NCBI GenBank assembly: GCA_965200965.1
Contig: OZ241744.1
Location: 2,048,001-2,112,000, forward strand
Length of the DNA stretch: 64,000 nt
DNA from: an uncultured Candidatus Binatia bacterium
GTDB taxonomy: Bacteria; Desulfobacterota; Binatia; Bin18
Reading direction: 5' to 3'
A program made the position numbers and the translations under genes. Below the pieces are notes generated by a model. It made no database searches. It was not told the origin of the DNA and saw only the letters and a list, made by a program, of their open reading frames with translations. This document shows positions 40,677 to 51,035 of this stretch, in pieces. Each line of letters begins with the position of its first letter. Position 1 is the first letter of the stretch.

Positions 40677-40685
40677 TGGGTGCGC

Positions 40686-40796
40686 TCAGGCTTTTTCTTT
40701 GGCCGCCTGGTGTCTCAGCTCTTTAATCCGGTGCCTGCGAGCCTTGGCCCGACGCTGGCGACGACGGCGAATTTCTTTGTCGCGTTCCCTGTGCAT
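40686..40796 (-). CDS. Small Arg-rich protein, 36 aa (MHRERDKEIRRRRQRRAKARRHRIKELRHQAAKEKA)
   Basis: GAGGAGG SD just upstream of ATG; stop 9 nt before purM; too short for the ORF track. Confidence 0.65.
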   Translation of the reverse strand: MHRERDKEIRRRRQRRAKARRHRIKELRHQAAKEKA

Positions 40797-41031
40797 ATTC
40801 CCTCCTCGGGTTGGTCATCGAAGTGCCCCTATAGATAGCGCACTGGTCTCAGGCCGCAAGCGGGTCGGGCCACGGCGGGATATTGCAGCCGGCGGTTTTT
40901 TGCTATAGCATTTTCCTGCTTCGGGTTCCACTGGGAGAATCCGAGAAGATTTCGCCATGTCAACTATCCACTTGGATCCCACCACTTGGATCCCACTTTT
41001 GAGGGGCGGGGATGGAGGAAGGGAGAGAGGT

Positions 41032-41733
41032 GTGTCTGGGGCAGGTGCGCAACTCTTTCGTATCAGAGGGCTGAAGAGCGGACCGACCTTTCTATTTGAT
41101 GACCAGGCCGAGTTTGTAGATATCATTGCCGCGGCCGAGGAAGAGTTGTCGCGGGCAAGCGGATTCTTCCGCAATGCACCGGTCATTCTGCACTTTGGCA
41201 ACCGTCTCATCCAGAAACAGGACTGGCAGCGCTTAAAAGAACTCCTGCTGCGTGAAGAGATGTTGCCACGCTACGCGGTAGCCGCGCTCCAGGAAAGCCG
41301 CGACATCCTGTACCGGGAGGGCCTGCCGGTTCGGGACAGCCTGCCGCGGCTCACCCCTCACGGCCGGCGGGAGGAGCCGGCCGCCCCGAGCGGGAATGCC
41401 CTGTATCTGCGCTGCAACCTGCGCTCCGGCCAGAAACAGACCTTTGCCGGCAATGTCGTTCTGGTCGGCGATATCAATCAGGGGGCCGAAATCCTGGCCG
41501 GCGGCGATGTGATCGTGTTTGGCACGATCCGGGGAATGGTCCACGCCGGGTATCCCGACAATACGGCCGCGGTCATCATCGCGCTCAGCCTGACTCCGCT
41601 CCAACTCCGGATCGGACCGCTTATTGCTCGCGCCGAGGACAACCCCAAGCGCTCACGTCGCGCCCAACAACCAGAACTCGCATACGTCAATGAGGAACAC
41701 ATCATGATCATCCCCTACCAAGGAAAACGATAG
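41032..41733 (+). CDS. minC: Septum site-determining protein MinC (start uncertain)
   Basis: NLRSGQ, GDINQGAEI.AGG.V.V.G..RG..HAG and QLRI. Confidence 0.9.
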   Translation: MSGAGAQLFRIRGLKSGPTFLFDDQAEFVDIIAAAEEELSRASGFFRNAPVILHFGNRLIQKQDWQRLKELLLREEMLPRYAVAALQESRDILYREGLPVRDSLPRLTPHGRREEPAAPSGNALYLRCNLRSGQKQTFAGNVVLVGDINQGAEILAGGDVIVFGTIRGMVHAGYPDNTAAVIIALSLTPLQLRIGPLIARAEDNPKRSRRAQQPELAYVNEEHIMIIPYQGKR

Positions 41734-41746
41734 GAGACAGTATACG

Positions 41747-42541
41747 ATGAACGGACGAGTCATTGTCATGACCTCGGGTAAGGGAGGGGTGGGAAAAACG
41801 ACCGCCACAGCCAACATCGGTCTCGGCTTGGCCAAACACGGCCAGAAAGTCGTGCTCATTGATGGTGACATCGGCCTGCGCAATCTCGACATCCTTCTTG
41901 GCCTCGAGAACCGGATTGTGTATCACCTCGTAGATGTGGTGCGGGGCCGGTGTCAGGTTCCCCAGGCGCTCGTCAAAGACAAGCGTGTCCCGGACCTCAG
42001 CCTGCTGCCGGCCTCCCAGATCGATCAGAAAGACGCCATCAACCCCGACCAGATGCGCGAACTCGTCGGCCAGCTCAGGGAAGACCACGACTTTGTGCTG
42101 ATTGACTGTCCGGCCGGTATCGAGCAGGGTTTTCGCAACGCGGTCGCCGGAGCCGACGAGGCGGTTGTGATCACCACCCCGGATGTCTCGCCGGTCCGCG
42201 ACGCCGACCGGGTTATCGGCCTGTTGCAAAACGAGTTGGGCGACCCGAAGCTCCTCATCAACCGCATGTCTCCCGATATGGTCAGGCGGGGCGATATGCT
42301 TGACCGCGGTGATGTGCTCGATATTCTCGCCGTCCCGCTGCTTGGCATTGTCCCTGAAGACGAAGAAGTCGTGGTCGCCGGCAACCGGGGGACCCCCGTT
42401 GTGCTCAACGACCGTGCCAAGTCGGGACAGGCCTACAGCCGCATCGTCCGCCGTCTCCTTGGCGAGGACGTGCCCATCGCAGAGTTGAGCGGACGCCGGG
42501 GGATCATCCCTCGCGTCCTTGAGAGTATCTTGGGGAGATAA
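41747..42541 (+). CDS. minD: Septum site-determining ATPase MinD
   Basis: SGKGGVGKTT, GLRNLD and DCPAGIEQG; C-terminal amphipathic helix. Confidence 0.96.
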   Translation: MNGRVIVMTSGKGGVGKTTATANIGLGLAKHGQKVVLIDGDIGLRNLDILLGLENRIVYHLVDVVRGRCQVPQALVKDKRVPDLSLLPASQIDQKDAINPDQMRELVGQLREDHDFVLIDCPAGIEQGFRNAVAGADEAVVITTPDVSPVRDADRVIGLLQNELGDPKLLINRMSPDMVRRGDMLDRGDVLDILAVPLLGIVPEDEEVVVAGNRGTPVVLNDRAKSGQAYSRIVRRLLGEDVPIAELSGRRGIIPRVLESILGR

Positions 42542-42544
42542 TTC

Positions 42545-42805
42545 ATGGCTTCGATATTCTTCCGCTTCCTTCATGGCCCGAACGGGAGCAGTGAACAGGC
42601 CAAAGATCGGCTGCTGTCCGTTCTGGTCTCTGACCGCCTGGGGCTGAATCCAGACCAGATGCAGGCCCTCCGCCGGGACATTCTGGCTACCATCAGTCGC
42701 TATGTTCCAATTGATTCCGGCAAGGTCCACATTGGCTTTGTCCACGAGAACAGTCCGGGCGAGGTCGTGATCAACGCGCCCATCCGTCGTACCAAGCCGG
42801 CCTGA
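42545..42805 (+). CDS. minE: Cell division topological specificity factor MinE
   Basis: AKDRL..VL..DR and IL..ISRY; follows minD. Confidence 0.9.
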   Translation: MASIFFRFLHGPNGSSEQAKDRLLSVLVSDRLGLNPDQMQALRRDILATISRYVPIDSGKVHIGFVHENSPGEVVINAPIRRTKPA

Positions 42806-42812
42806 GGCCGGC

Positions 42813-43382
42813 CTACTCGGCCCGCGTCCCGGTCTCGGCGATCAGTCGCCACGCCGCCCGTCCTGCTGCGGCGTCGCAGCGCTCTATCGCCCGGGCCTCG
42901 GCCCTGGCCTTGTCCCGGCTGCCGCCCAGAAAACCCGGCGCTTTCAGGTAATACTCCATCAGAGCCCAGCGGGCAGCCACACTCTGCGGGTCAAGCGCCA
43001 CCGCGGTTTCAAACTGTCGCCGGGCTTTGCCGGCCAACCAGGGCTGCTTGAGGACAAAAGCGTGCTCGGCCTGCCGGCCGTAGGCACGGCCCAGCCACAG
43101 GTGGAAGTCGGCCTTGTGTGTGTGGAGTTCGACGGCAGCCTCGAACCGGGCCGCTGCCGTATCATAGTCGTGTTGGCCAAAGGCGATCCGGCCCAGGTAA
43201 AAATGCGCCTGCGCATCGGTCGGTCGGCGGCGCAGCCAGTCGGCAAAAAACTGCCGGGCCTCGGCCCAGCGGCGCTGCTCAACCAGGGCCACGCCGTCCG
43301 CCAGCCGCTCTTGGGGAGAAGCCGTGGCCGCCAGCGTCCAGGCCAGGCAGAGCGCACAGCCCAGAGATGGGCGTACCCACAC
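42813..43382 (-). CDS. Exported TPR protein
   Basis: Signal peptide; AHFYLGR and HLWLGRAYG TPR units. Confidence 0.75.
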   Translation of the reverse strand: MWVRPSLGCALCLAWTLAATASPQERLADGVALVEQRRWAEARQFFADWLRRRPTDAQAHFYLGRIAFGQHDYDTAAARFEAAVELHTHKADFHLWLGRAYGRQAEHAFVLKQPWLAGKARRQFETAVALDPQSVAARWALMEYYLKAPGFLGGSRDKARAEARAIERCDAAAGRAAWRLIAETGTRAE

Positions 43383-43393
43383 GGGATAGCCGC

Positions 43394-44446
43394 CTAGAAG
43401 GTAATCAGCGGCTTGACGATATTATCGGCCTTGGTTTCCATCATGTGGAAGGCGGTCTCGATCTCGGCAAACGGAAAGCGGTGGGTGGTCAGCGGGGTCG
43501 GGTCGATCCGACCGGTCTCCAGCAGGCGCAACAAACGGCTCGTGACCTCCCGGCCACCCGGACACAGGGCGGTCCGAATCGTTTTATCGCTCATGCCGAG
43601 CCCGAACTCGGGCAGGGGGATGCGCAGCGAGTCGCCGGCCTCGCCGTGGTAGCCGATGTTGGAGATCACCCCACCCGGTTTGGTCGCCCTGATGCAGTTC
43701 CCAAAGGTCACTGGCAGGCCGACCGCCTCAATGGCCGAGTCCACCCCCTGCCCGTCGGTCAGGTCCATGATCTGCTCCACCGCGTCGCCCTGGCCAGGAT
43801 CGACAATCATGTCCGCGCCCATGCGTTTGGACAACTCCTGACGGTCGGGTTTGGACTCGACCGCAATCACCAGCCCGGCACCGAGCAGACGTGAGGCCGC
43901 GGTCGCACACAGCCCGACCGGCCCCTGGGCAAACACAGCAACCGTGCCACCGACCGGGATGTCGGCGTGCTCAGCCCCGGCCAGACCGGTTGACAGCATA
44001 TCGGTGGTGTACAGGGCTTGCTCATCGCTGAGCGTGTCCGGGACGGGTGCCAGATTGTAGTCTGCGTCGTTGACCAGGAAGTATTCACCGAGATTGCCGT
44101 CGCGCTCATTGGTGAACTTATAGCCGCCCAGCATCCCGCCACACTGGGAGGTAAACCCCCGCTGGCAGGGCTGACAGCGGCCGCACGGCGTAATCGCGCT
44201 GACCGCTACCCGGTCGCCCTCTTTGTGGTGGCGCACCTGAACACCGAGTTTGTAGACCTGGCCAACGCTCTCGTGCCCTAAGCCGCGGCCTTCGGGCAGG
44301 GGGATCGTTCCCCGCACATTATGGACATCCGAGGTGCAGATCAGCGATCCGGTTGTTCTAATGACCGCATCGTTTGGACCGGGTTCTGGAATCGGCTTTT
44401 CCACAATGCCAATGTTGCCTACGCCCAGAAAGGCCAGCAGTTTCAT
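43394..44446 (-). CDS. Zinc-dependent alcohol dehydrogenase
   Basis: CTSDVH, GHE, structural-Zn CGRCQPC..C, DMLSTG and QGPVG. Confidence 0.9.
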   Translation of the reverse strand: MKLLAFLGVGNIGIVEKPIPEPGPNDAVIRTTGSLICTSDVHNVRGTIPLPEGRGLGHESVGQVYKLGVQVRHHKEGDRVAVSAITPCGRCQPCQRGFTSQCGGMLGGYKFTNERDGNLGEYFLVNDADYNLAPVPDTLSDEQALYTTDMLSTGLAGAEHADIPVGGTVAVFAQGPVGLCATAASRLLGAGLVIAVESKPDRQELSKRMGADMIVDPGQGDAVEQIMDLTDGQGVDSAIEAVGLPVTFGNCIRATKPGGVISNIGYHGEAGDSLRIPLPEFGLGMSDKTIRTALCPGGREVTSRLLRLLETGRIDPTPLTTHRFPFAEIETAFHMMETKADNIVKPLITF

Positions 44447-44466
44447 AGACTCCTCCTGTCGTGAAC

Positions 44467-45468
44467 TTAGCGTCCCAACATCCGGTATAACTCCGACAAG
44501 GCATAGGTTCCGGGCAACTCCCGGCGTTCGGCCATGCCGTCAACAACGTCGGGCAGCAGGGCGTTGACCGGCGTGTCAATTGACACCTGCCGGCCCAACT
44601 CGGCGACCCGGCCGTTCAAATAACGCGCCTCGGTCCGGCCGCGGCGGCAGTAGATATCCTGCCACATGGACGGAAACACCTGCTGGCTGCGCTCGGGCAG
44701 CGGCTTGGGCGTATACGCGCCCCGCAACCACTCAACCATCTGCGGCAGCGGACGGTCGCCGGGCAGGGTCTTCATCGGGGTCCCGGCTTTTGACAAGACT
44801 TGGTGAGCCTCGTCAAAGACCTCGGCCAGGAAGCGGCGCGTGTCGATCCTGTTCATGGCTTCGGCCCCGGACAGGCCCAGAATAGCCAGCGGGCTGTTGA
44901 GCAGGTTGACGCAGAACTTGGCCCACTTGTAGGGCACGATGGTATCGGTCAGTATGGCTTCTCTGCCGCTGCTGTTCAGGGCCGCCACAACCGCTTTGGC
45001 CGTCTCGTCCTGGCCCTCGGGATAGCGCCCGACCACCAGCGTATTGCCGCCGAGGTGGCTGACCTCGCCGGGGAAAACATAGCGGGCACCCAGATGCAGG
45101 GCGACCGCGTACACCCGGCTGAACCGCTCGGCCGCCATCTCCTCATTGCTCATGGTATTCTGGAAACAGAACATCGGGGTGTCGGTCGGGACTTTGGCGG
45201 CCAACTGCTCAAGGGCCACCTGGGTATCGTAGGTTTTCACGGCCAGGAAAACGATGTCGTCGGACCGATAGTCCCAGTCGTTGAGCATGCAGCTGGCGGC
45301 CGGCCGGCAGACAAACTCACCGTAGCGGCCAGACAGCGTGAGGCCGTCGGCCTTGACCTTGTCTATGTGCGGGCCGTCGCCGATGAGCAGCACATCGGCC
45401 CCGGCCCGGTTCAGGTGAGCACCGATCACGCTGCCGACCGCTCCAGCCCCGAAGATGACAAAACGCAT
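44467..45468 (-). CDS. Ketopantoate reductase (ApbA/PanE) family protein
   Basis: GAGAVG, AVKT, FQN, KWAK..VN, SMWQD and TE..YLNG. Confidence 0.85.
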   Translation of the reverse strand: MRFVIFGAGAVGSVIGAHLNRAGADVLLIGDGPHIDKVKADGLTLSGRYGEFVCRPAASCMLNDWDYRSDDIVFLAVKTYDTQVALEQLAAKVPTDTPMFCFQNTMSNEEMAAERFSRVYAVALHLGARYVFPGEVSHLGGNTLVVGRYPEGQDETAKAVVAALNSSGREAILTDTIVPYKWAKFCVNLLNSPLAILGLSGAEAMNRIDTRRFLAEVFDEAHQVLSKAGTPMKTLPGDRPLPQMVEWLRGAYTPKPLPERSQQVFPSMWQDIYCRRGRTEARYLNGRVAELGRQVSIDTPVNALLPDVVDGMAERRELPGTYALSELYRMLGR

Positions 45469-45491
45469 ACCGCTTCCTCCTTTGCTGGCGT

Positions 45492-46082
45492 TCAGCCGCG
45501 GCGGCCGGCCCACTGGCTGAGCGGCGGCGGGCCGGCCGCCGCGGTACTCAGGCCGCGGTGGAGGCTGACAACAGCCCGGCCAAGCTGACGCAGGTGTTCT
45601 TGAACGCGTTCGTCAACAATCTGACTGCCCTGCATCTGGCTGCCGCGCACATACACGCTTCCCGGCACCAGGTGCATACTAAACCACATCAGGACCGGAC
45701 GCAGTTCCTGGTCAATGCTCAGATAGTGATGATCCGAGGCAGCGTTCCCGACGAGGCCGGCTACCTTGCCCATCAGCGCCTCAACCGGAATATGGTCAAG
45801 CAGATTTTTCAGCGCTCCGGTATACGAGCCGCGATAGATCGGCGTGCCGATCACATAGGCGTCCGCGGCCTGAATCCGTTCAACCACCTGCGCGGTGTCG
45901 TCCGGGTAATCGGCCAAGGGTCGACCGTCACAAAAAGACAGCTGCACGTCCCGCAGATCGACCACCGCGGCCTTGATATCTGGAAAAGATTCCTCGGCCG
46001 CCCGCAGCACCTGGTCAACGAGGGCGCGGGTGCTGCCGCCGGAGGTGAGACTGCCGGCAATTCCGAGCAGGGTGCCTGGCAT
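45492..46082 (-). CDS. NAD(P)H-dependent FMN reductase (SsuE/MsuE-like)
   Basis: GIAGS and GTPIYRGSYTGALKNLLD. Confidence 0.88.
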   Translation of the reverse strand: MPGTLLGIAGSLTSGGSTRALVDQVLRAAEESFPDIKAAVVDLRDVQLSFCDGRPLADYPDDTAQVVERIQAADAYVIGTPIYRGSYTGALKNLLDHIPVEALMGKVAGLVGNAASDHHYLSIDQELRPVLMWFSMHLVPGSVYVRGSQMQGSQIVDERVQEHLRQLGRAVVSLHRGLSTAAAGPPPLSQWAGRRG

Positions 46083-46107
46083 GGCCTTCTCCCGTGTGCC
46101 GCACGGC

Positions 46108-47754
46108 TTAGAACCGGGACGCCCTGAGTGTGACATCGGCCCGCGCCCAGGCTCGCTGAAACGCCCGCTCGACCTGGCTGGCCTCCGCGGTTCTATCCTG
46201 GTTGCGGAGGCTGTGGGCCAGCCCGTACAGCGACCAGCCGTTAGCGGGATTGCGCCGCAAATCCTCCCGGTAGACGGTCTCGGCCTCGGCTGGCCGACCG
46301 GCATCGAGCAACACCGCGCCGAGCGATTGGCGGACCGGATAGTACCAGGGCGGCGGTTCGCTGTAGCGCAGCCGGTCCTGGCTGGCAACCGCTTCCTCCA
46401 GCTGCCGAATCGCTTCGTCGGTCTGACCGGCCTTGGCCGCCAGCTCTCCGGCCACGACCCGGGCGGCAATGTTGAGCAGATCGGTGGCCGGGTTGCGGCC
46501 CATCATTTGCCGCCCGGCGTCAAACGTTGTCAGGACCGCGTTCAGACCGGCCTGCTCGGCCCTGGCCTCCTCCAGCCGACCGGTGGCGATAAAGGCCAGG
46601 GCACGCGCATAGTGCCACAGCCCGGTCACATAGCCCAGGTCCGCAGGAGGCCGGGGCTCCTTGAGCACCGCGTCCCATTTGCCAAAGCGAACCAGCGCAC
46701 ACAGCGGCGCAGCGGTCCAGGCTTCAAGGGGGGGAGTCTGACGCGCCATTTCGACCGGTACGCGCTCGGCCAGCTTGCGGGCGGTTTCAATGGCTTCGGC
46801 ACTGCGCCCTTCCATCTGCTGAGCGGCCCATAAGAAGTCAATGTTGTGGGGATAGTACATGCTCGGATACATCCCCTGCGGGGACTCGGCCTCAATGTAG
46901 GCCTCATCAACCTCAATCGCCCGGGCATTGCTGAGCGCCGCGTCGTGATACAGACCCAGCCGCATATAGATATGCGACGGCATATGCACCAGGTGACCAG
47001 AACCCGGAATCAGTCCGCCCAGCCGCCGGGCGTGGGGCAGGGCGCGCTCGGGGCGGGACGAGGCTTCAACCGCGTGAATATAATAGTGGATGGCCCCGAT
47101 ATGGTCTGGAAAGCGCTCCAAGACGCTCTCCAGAGCCGCCACGAGTTCCAAGGTGTTGGTTTTGGGCTGACTGTCGGGTGTCCAGTAGTCCCAGGGCCGG
47201 ATATTCATCAGCGCGGCCGCAAACAGGGTTCGGGCGTCGGGGTCGTCAGGGTAGCGTTCGGACAGCGTACGCATGGCCTCGGCATAGGCGCGGTTCAGGG
47301 CATCCCGGTCGGCGCTCGCTGGCTCCGCGGCATAGCGGGTGGCCAGGGCTTCGATATAGGCCCGGTCGTGCTCGCTGGCATAGCGGGCCAGGGCAATCGC
47401 CTGTTGTATCGCGGCGTAGGCTTGCCGGCCCCGCCCGGCGTCCATCGGCGCGTTGATATTCGGCCCCAAGGCCAGAGCCAGCCCCCAATGGGCCATTGCG
47501 CAGCGCGGGTCAATCCGGGCGGCGTGCTGAAAGGCCCGCACCGCCTCGGCATGGTTAAACCCATACACCAGCCGCAGCCCCTGGTTAAAATAGCGTTGGG
47601 CCAGTTCCGAGTTGGTGGTGACGGGGTGCTGGTAGGCCCCCAGCCTGTCAAACAGAGGCGGAGAGCTCGGCTCGGTGCCGTTCGGCTCATCCGCCCAAGA
47701 CAGCGGGGGGCCGAACAACACAGCAAGAAACAAGGGGAGCGCAAGAGATTTCAT
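46108..47754 (-). CDS. Exported TPR-like protein
   Basis: Signal peptide; FNHAEA, GPNIN, HYYIHAVE and HLVHMPSHIY. Confidence 0.8.
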   Translation of the reverse strand: MKSLALPLFLAVLFGPPLSWADEPNGTEPSSPPLFDRLGAYQHPVTTNSELAQRYFNQGLRLVYGFNHAEAVRAFQHAARIDPRCAMAHWGLALALGPNINAPMDAGRGRQAYAAIQQAIALARYASEHDRAYIEALATRYAAEPASADRDALNRAYAEAMRTLSERYPDDPDARTLFAAALMNIRPWDYWTPDSQPKTNTLELVAALESVLERFPDHIGAIHYYIHAVEASSRPERALPHARRLGGLIPGSGHLVHMPSHIYMRLGLYHDAALSNARAIEVDEAYIEAESPQGMYPSMYYPHNIDFLWAAQQMEGRSAEAIETARKLAERVPVEMARQTPPLEAWTAAPLCALVRFGKWDAVLKEPRPPADLGYVTGLWHYARALAFIATGRLEEARAEQAGLNAVLTTFDAGRQMMGRNPATDLLNIAARVVAGELAAKAGQTDEAIRQLEEAVASQDRLRYSEPPPWYYPVRQSLGAVLLDAGRPAEAETVYREDLRRNPANGWSLYGLAHSLRNQDRTAEASQVERAFQRAWARADVTLRASRF

Positions 47755-47763
47755 AGCTGCCCT

Positions 47764-48994
47764 CTAGTCACACGCCTCCAGGGCCAGGGACAAGAGTTCA
47801 TTGGAGAACTGCATGAACCCGGCATAGTCCTTCTGGCCGGTGTTCAGAAAGGCGAACGACAGGCCCCGGTCCAGGTCGGCCACGCAGGTCTGACCGCCTT
47901 TGCCCGGGTGGCCAAAGGTCCGCAGCGTGGCCCCACGGGCGAGGTGGCCGAGCATCCAGCCATAGCCCATGATCACCGGAATGCGCAGCGACCGAATCAA
48001 TGGCGTCGGGCGCATTGGTCGGAACAATGCTCTGCTCCAGGGTCTCCGACGACAAGAAGCGTTTGCCTCCCCATGTTCCGCCCTGGGCGAGCATGGCGTA
48101 GACCTTGGCAATGTCGCGTGCCGCCGCAATCCCGCCCCCGCCAGCCAACACGGCCCGGTGGACCTCGGGCCGGTTGAAGATGTTGTCCCACTCGGGAAAC
48201 GGCAGGTCCTTGGGATCAAGCCCCTCTTCAAACATGATGGCGCGTTGAAAACGAAAATACTCTTCGTCCGGGGTAAAACCCATGAGCCGGGCCATCCCAA
48301 CGATGGAGTCCCGGTCGGCCGGCGCTTCATACACGCACGCCACCCGCTCTTCTTCCGATTCCGGCAGGCCGATAAACAGACTGTCGAGCCCGAGCGGGGC
48401 GGCAACTTCCTGCTGCAGGAACGCCCCGCAATCGCGCCCGTCCGTCCGCCGCATCAACTCGTTAATCATAAAGCCGTAGTTGAGGGGGTGATAGCCGTTG
48501 GCCTCGCCGGGCGTCCAGCGCGGGGCCAGCTCTTCCATCGCCCTGGCGCACTGCTCAAAATCTCCCCACTGCTTATAGGTCAGCCAGTCTGGACCGAGGG
48601 TATTCCCGATCCGGTGTCCCAGCATATGGGTAATCGTTGCCCGCTCCTTGCCGTTGTGGGCAAACTCGGGCCAGTAGGTGCTGACCAGATCGTCATACGC
48701 GAACATCCCCCGGTCGCGCAGCATGTGCATACACAGCGCGGCCAGGCCCTTTGTTGACGAGTACAGCACAAACATCGTTTCCGGCTTGACCGGCTTGCGA
48801 TCACTGGCCCGCGCCCAGCCTCCACCAAGGTCAAGCACCTGCTTGCCGTGGCGGAACACCGCCAACTGCGCCCCCCAGAACAGGTCTTGGGCCTCAACCG
48901 CCTGCCGAAACGTGTCGCTCAGTTTTGCCACCGTATCGGCCTTCATCCTGACCTCGCGCGGCGGCACCTCCGCCTCTTGCTGATACCACGCCAT
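47764..48994 (-). pseudogene. Beta-lactamase-family serine hydrolase with a +1 frameshift at about 47995 (pseudogene or sequencing error)
   Basis: SxxK (YSSTK) and YHPLNYG; the C-terminal FGHPGKGG continues in another frame; length is 3n+1. Confidence 0.8.
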
Positions 48995-49056
48995 AGTTCT
49001 GCCCTCCTTTGCCCGATTACGATACGCAGCCTTCAAGAGAAGAACGCGGGAGACGC

Positions 49057-49321
49057 TTACGGTCTGTGCGTAATGGGGATGTCAAAGTTCGATAATACCA
49101 ACCTGAGAATGTTCCGGAGAACACCAACCGCCATGATACTGCCACAGGCAATCCACATTAAGTGTTCCAGGCGTCGCAATCGCTGGTCCAGCCGGTTGAA
49201 GCGCTGCTCACAGCGTTGGTCGAGCTGGGTTCAGGCTGCCGATGATCCACGAGGAGAGGTCTGAGCTATTCTTCCCGCTTGTCTTCCGCTTCTGTCCCGG
49301 AGGAGAAGTGTCCTCACTCAT
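49057..49321 (-). pseudogene. Frameshifted small coiled-coil/TM protein
   Basis: Removing one base at 49227-49229 gives MSED...LNQLDQRCEQRFNRLDQRLRRLEHLMWIACGSIMAVGV... Confidence 0.5.
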
Positions 49322-49598
49322 GGAGACACCTTTTCCATCCATATCCCAGAGCGATTTTGAATTCCATCCATTGATTGCGTCACCAACCTCCGTAACAATG
49401 CCCCTCACTTTGCCCTCTGATATCGATCCCGAGGGCCAAGCGGATATCCTCTGTCATCAGTAGCTCTTCCTGTTTCTCTGGCGCAACCAATGCCAGGTGT
49501 TCATTCAGGATGTCGTGTCGCCGGCCTGGCCATTTTTCTTTGAGCGCCCCCCATGCTGTTTCGCTTGGTTCGTTCAGCGCGACAAAATAGATGCTCAT
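49318..49598 (-). pseudogene. Frameshifted small hypothetical protein
   Basis: Removing single bases at about 49418 and 49342 gives one ORF MSIYFVAL...GIDIEGKVRGIV...INGWNSKSLWDWMEKVSP* that overlaps the next ATG (ATGA). Confidence 0.5.
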
Positions 49599-49860
49599 GG
49601 ATGAATGCCCCTCTTTCCCCGGAGGTGGTCCTCCACCTTGTACGCCGATAAGCGGACAAACGCAAACAAAGACGATTTGGCTGCCCTCCTCTTTCGCAGA
49701 CAGTACAGTGCTGCTCGTTCGTGACGCAGGTATTTGACTTCAATCGGAAAAGCGTCTAAGGAAGGGGCTGGAGATCGGGTAAAGGGCCAACCCGCTGAAT
49801 GTGCAGCCGGTTTTGCCTTTGTCAGAACTGTGTCTATTCTTTCTCGAAGGAGGGTCAAGC

Positions 49861-50961
49861 ATGGCACATCGTATTATTTCTGGAGATTCGCACTTTGTTG
49901 AGCCGCCCGATATGTGGGCCGAGCGCATGGATAAAAAGTTCCGTGACCGGGCACCCCGCACCGTTGAGGGCAATAAGGGCAAGCCGGGCGAGTTCTTTGT
50001 GTGCGAAAACATCACCCCGGTGCCGGTGGCCGGCTTCTTTGGCTCGGGCAAGAGCGCCGAAGAGCTGCCGGCCCACATGGAAAAGGGCTTCAGCGTGGCC
50101 CCCAAGAGCGTGTGGGACCCCGCCGAGCGGCTCAAGGACCAGGACAAGGACGGCGTCAGTGCCGAGGCGATGTACACCTCAATGGGCATGTTGCTGTTCG
50201 GCCTTGAAGACGCCGAGTTGCGCGCCGCGGCCTTCAGCGCCTTCAACGACTGGGCGTCCGAGTATACCAGTTACAACCCCAACCGGCTCATCGGCCTTGG
50301 CGCGGTCACGCTGGAGGATATTCCGGCCGGCATCGCCGAACTGGATCGGATCGCCAAAAAGGGCCTGCGGGGCGCACTGATCTGGGGTGCGCCGCCCGAA
50401 GACCGGTCCTACAGCCACCCGGACTATGACCCCTTCTGGTCCGCGGCCGCAGATATGAACATGCCGCTGTCGCTGCACATCCTGACCTCGCGCAAAGGCC
50501 ACGGGATTGACTTCAGCAATATCCTGTACGGCTATATGAGCCTGCCGCAGGAAATCCAGTTGACCCTGGCCGATATGGTCTTCGGCAGCGTGTTTGAGCG
50601 GCATCCCAAGCTGAAAATCGTCTCCGCGGAGAACGATGTGTCGTGGCTGCCCCACTTCCTGTACCGCCTCGACCACGGCTACGACCGGCTGCGCCACTTC
50701 CAGAATGTGCAGCTGACAATGATGCCCAGCGACTATGTGAAGCGCAACGTGTGGTGTACCTTCCAGTTTGAGGACACCTGGATCGACACCTACCAACGCC
50801 TTGACGCCAGCAAAATCATGTGGTCATCCGACTACCCGCATACCGACTCGCCGTGGCCGCGCTCCGCCGAGTACATCAAGGAGAACTTCTCCGACGCGCC
50901 GGAAGATGTGCTGACCGGGGTTGTCGGCGGCAATGCCGCAGCCCTGTACGGCATCAACTGA
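49861..50961 (+). CDS. Amidohydrolase_2 family protein
   Basis: SGDSHFVEP, SLHI and MWSSDYPH; GGAGG RBS. Confidence 0.9.
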   Translation: MAHRIISGDSHFVEPPDMWAERMDKKFRDRAPRTVEGNKGKPGEFFVCENITPVPVAGFFGSGKSAEELPAHMEKGFSVAPKSVWDPAERLKDQDKDGVSAEAMYTSMGMLLFGLEDAELRAAAFSAFNDWASEYTSYNPNRLIGLGAVTLEDIPAGIAELDRIAKKGLRGALIWGAPPEDRSYSHPDYDPFWSAAADMNMPLSLHILTSRKGHGIDFSNILYGYMSLPQEIQLTLADMVFGSVFERHPKLKIVSAENDVSWLPHFLYRLDHGYDRLRHFQNVQLTMMPSDYVKRNVWCTFQFEDTWIDTYQRLDASKIMWSSDYPHTDSPWPRSAEYIKENFSDAPEDVLTGVVGGNAAALYGIN

Positions 50962-50980
50962 GCGCCAGGGCACAGCGCAG

Positions 50981-51015
50981 AAAAAAGGGCGGCCTGTGAT
51001 GGGCCGCCCTTTTTT
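50981..51015. terminator. Bidirectional intrinsic terminator
   Basis: AAAAAAGGGCGGCC-loop-GGCCGCCCTTTTTT between convergent genes. Confidence 0.85.
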
Positions 51016-51035
51016 CTGCTGTCAGCCGGCGGGGT

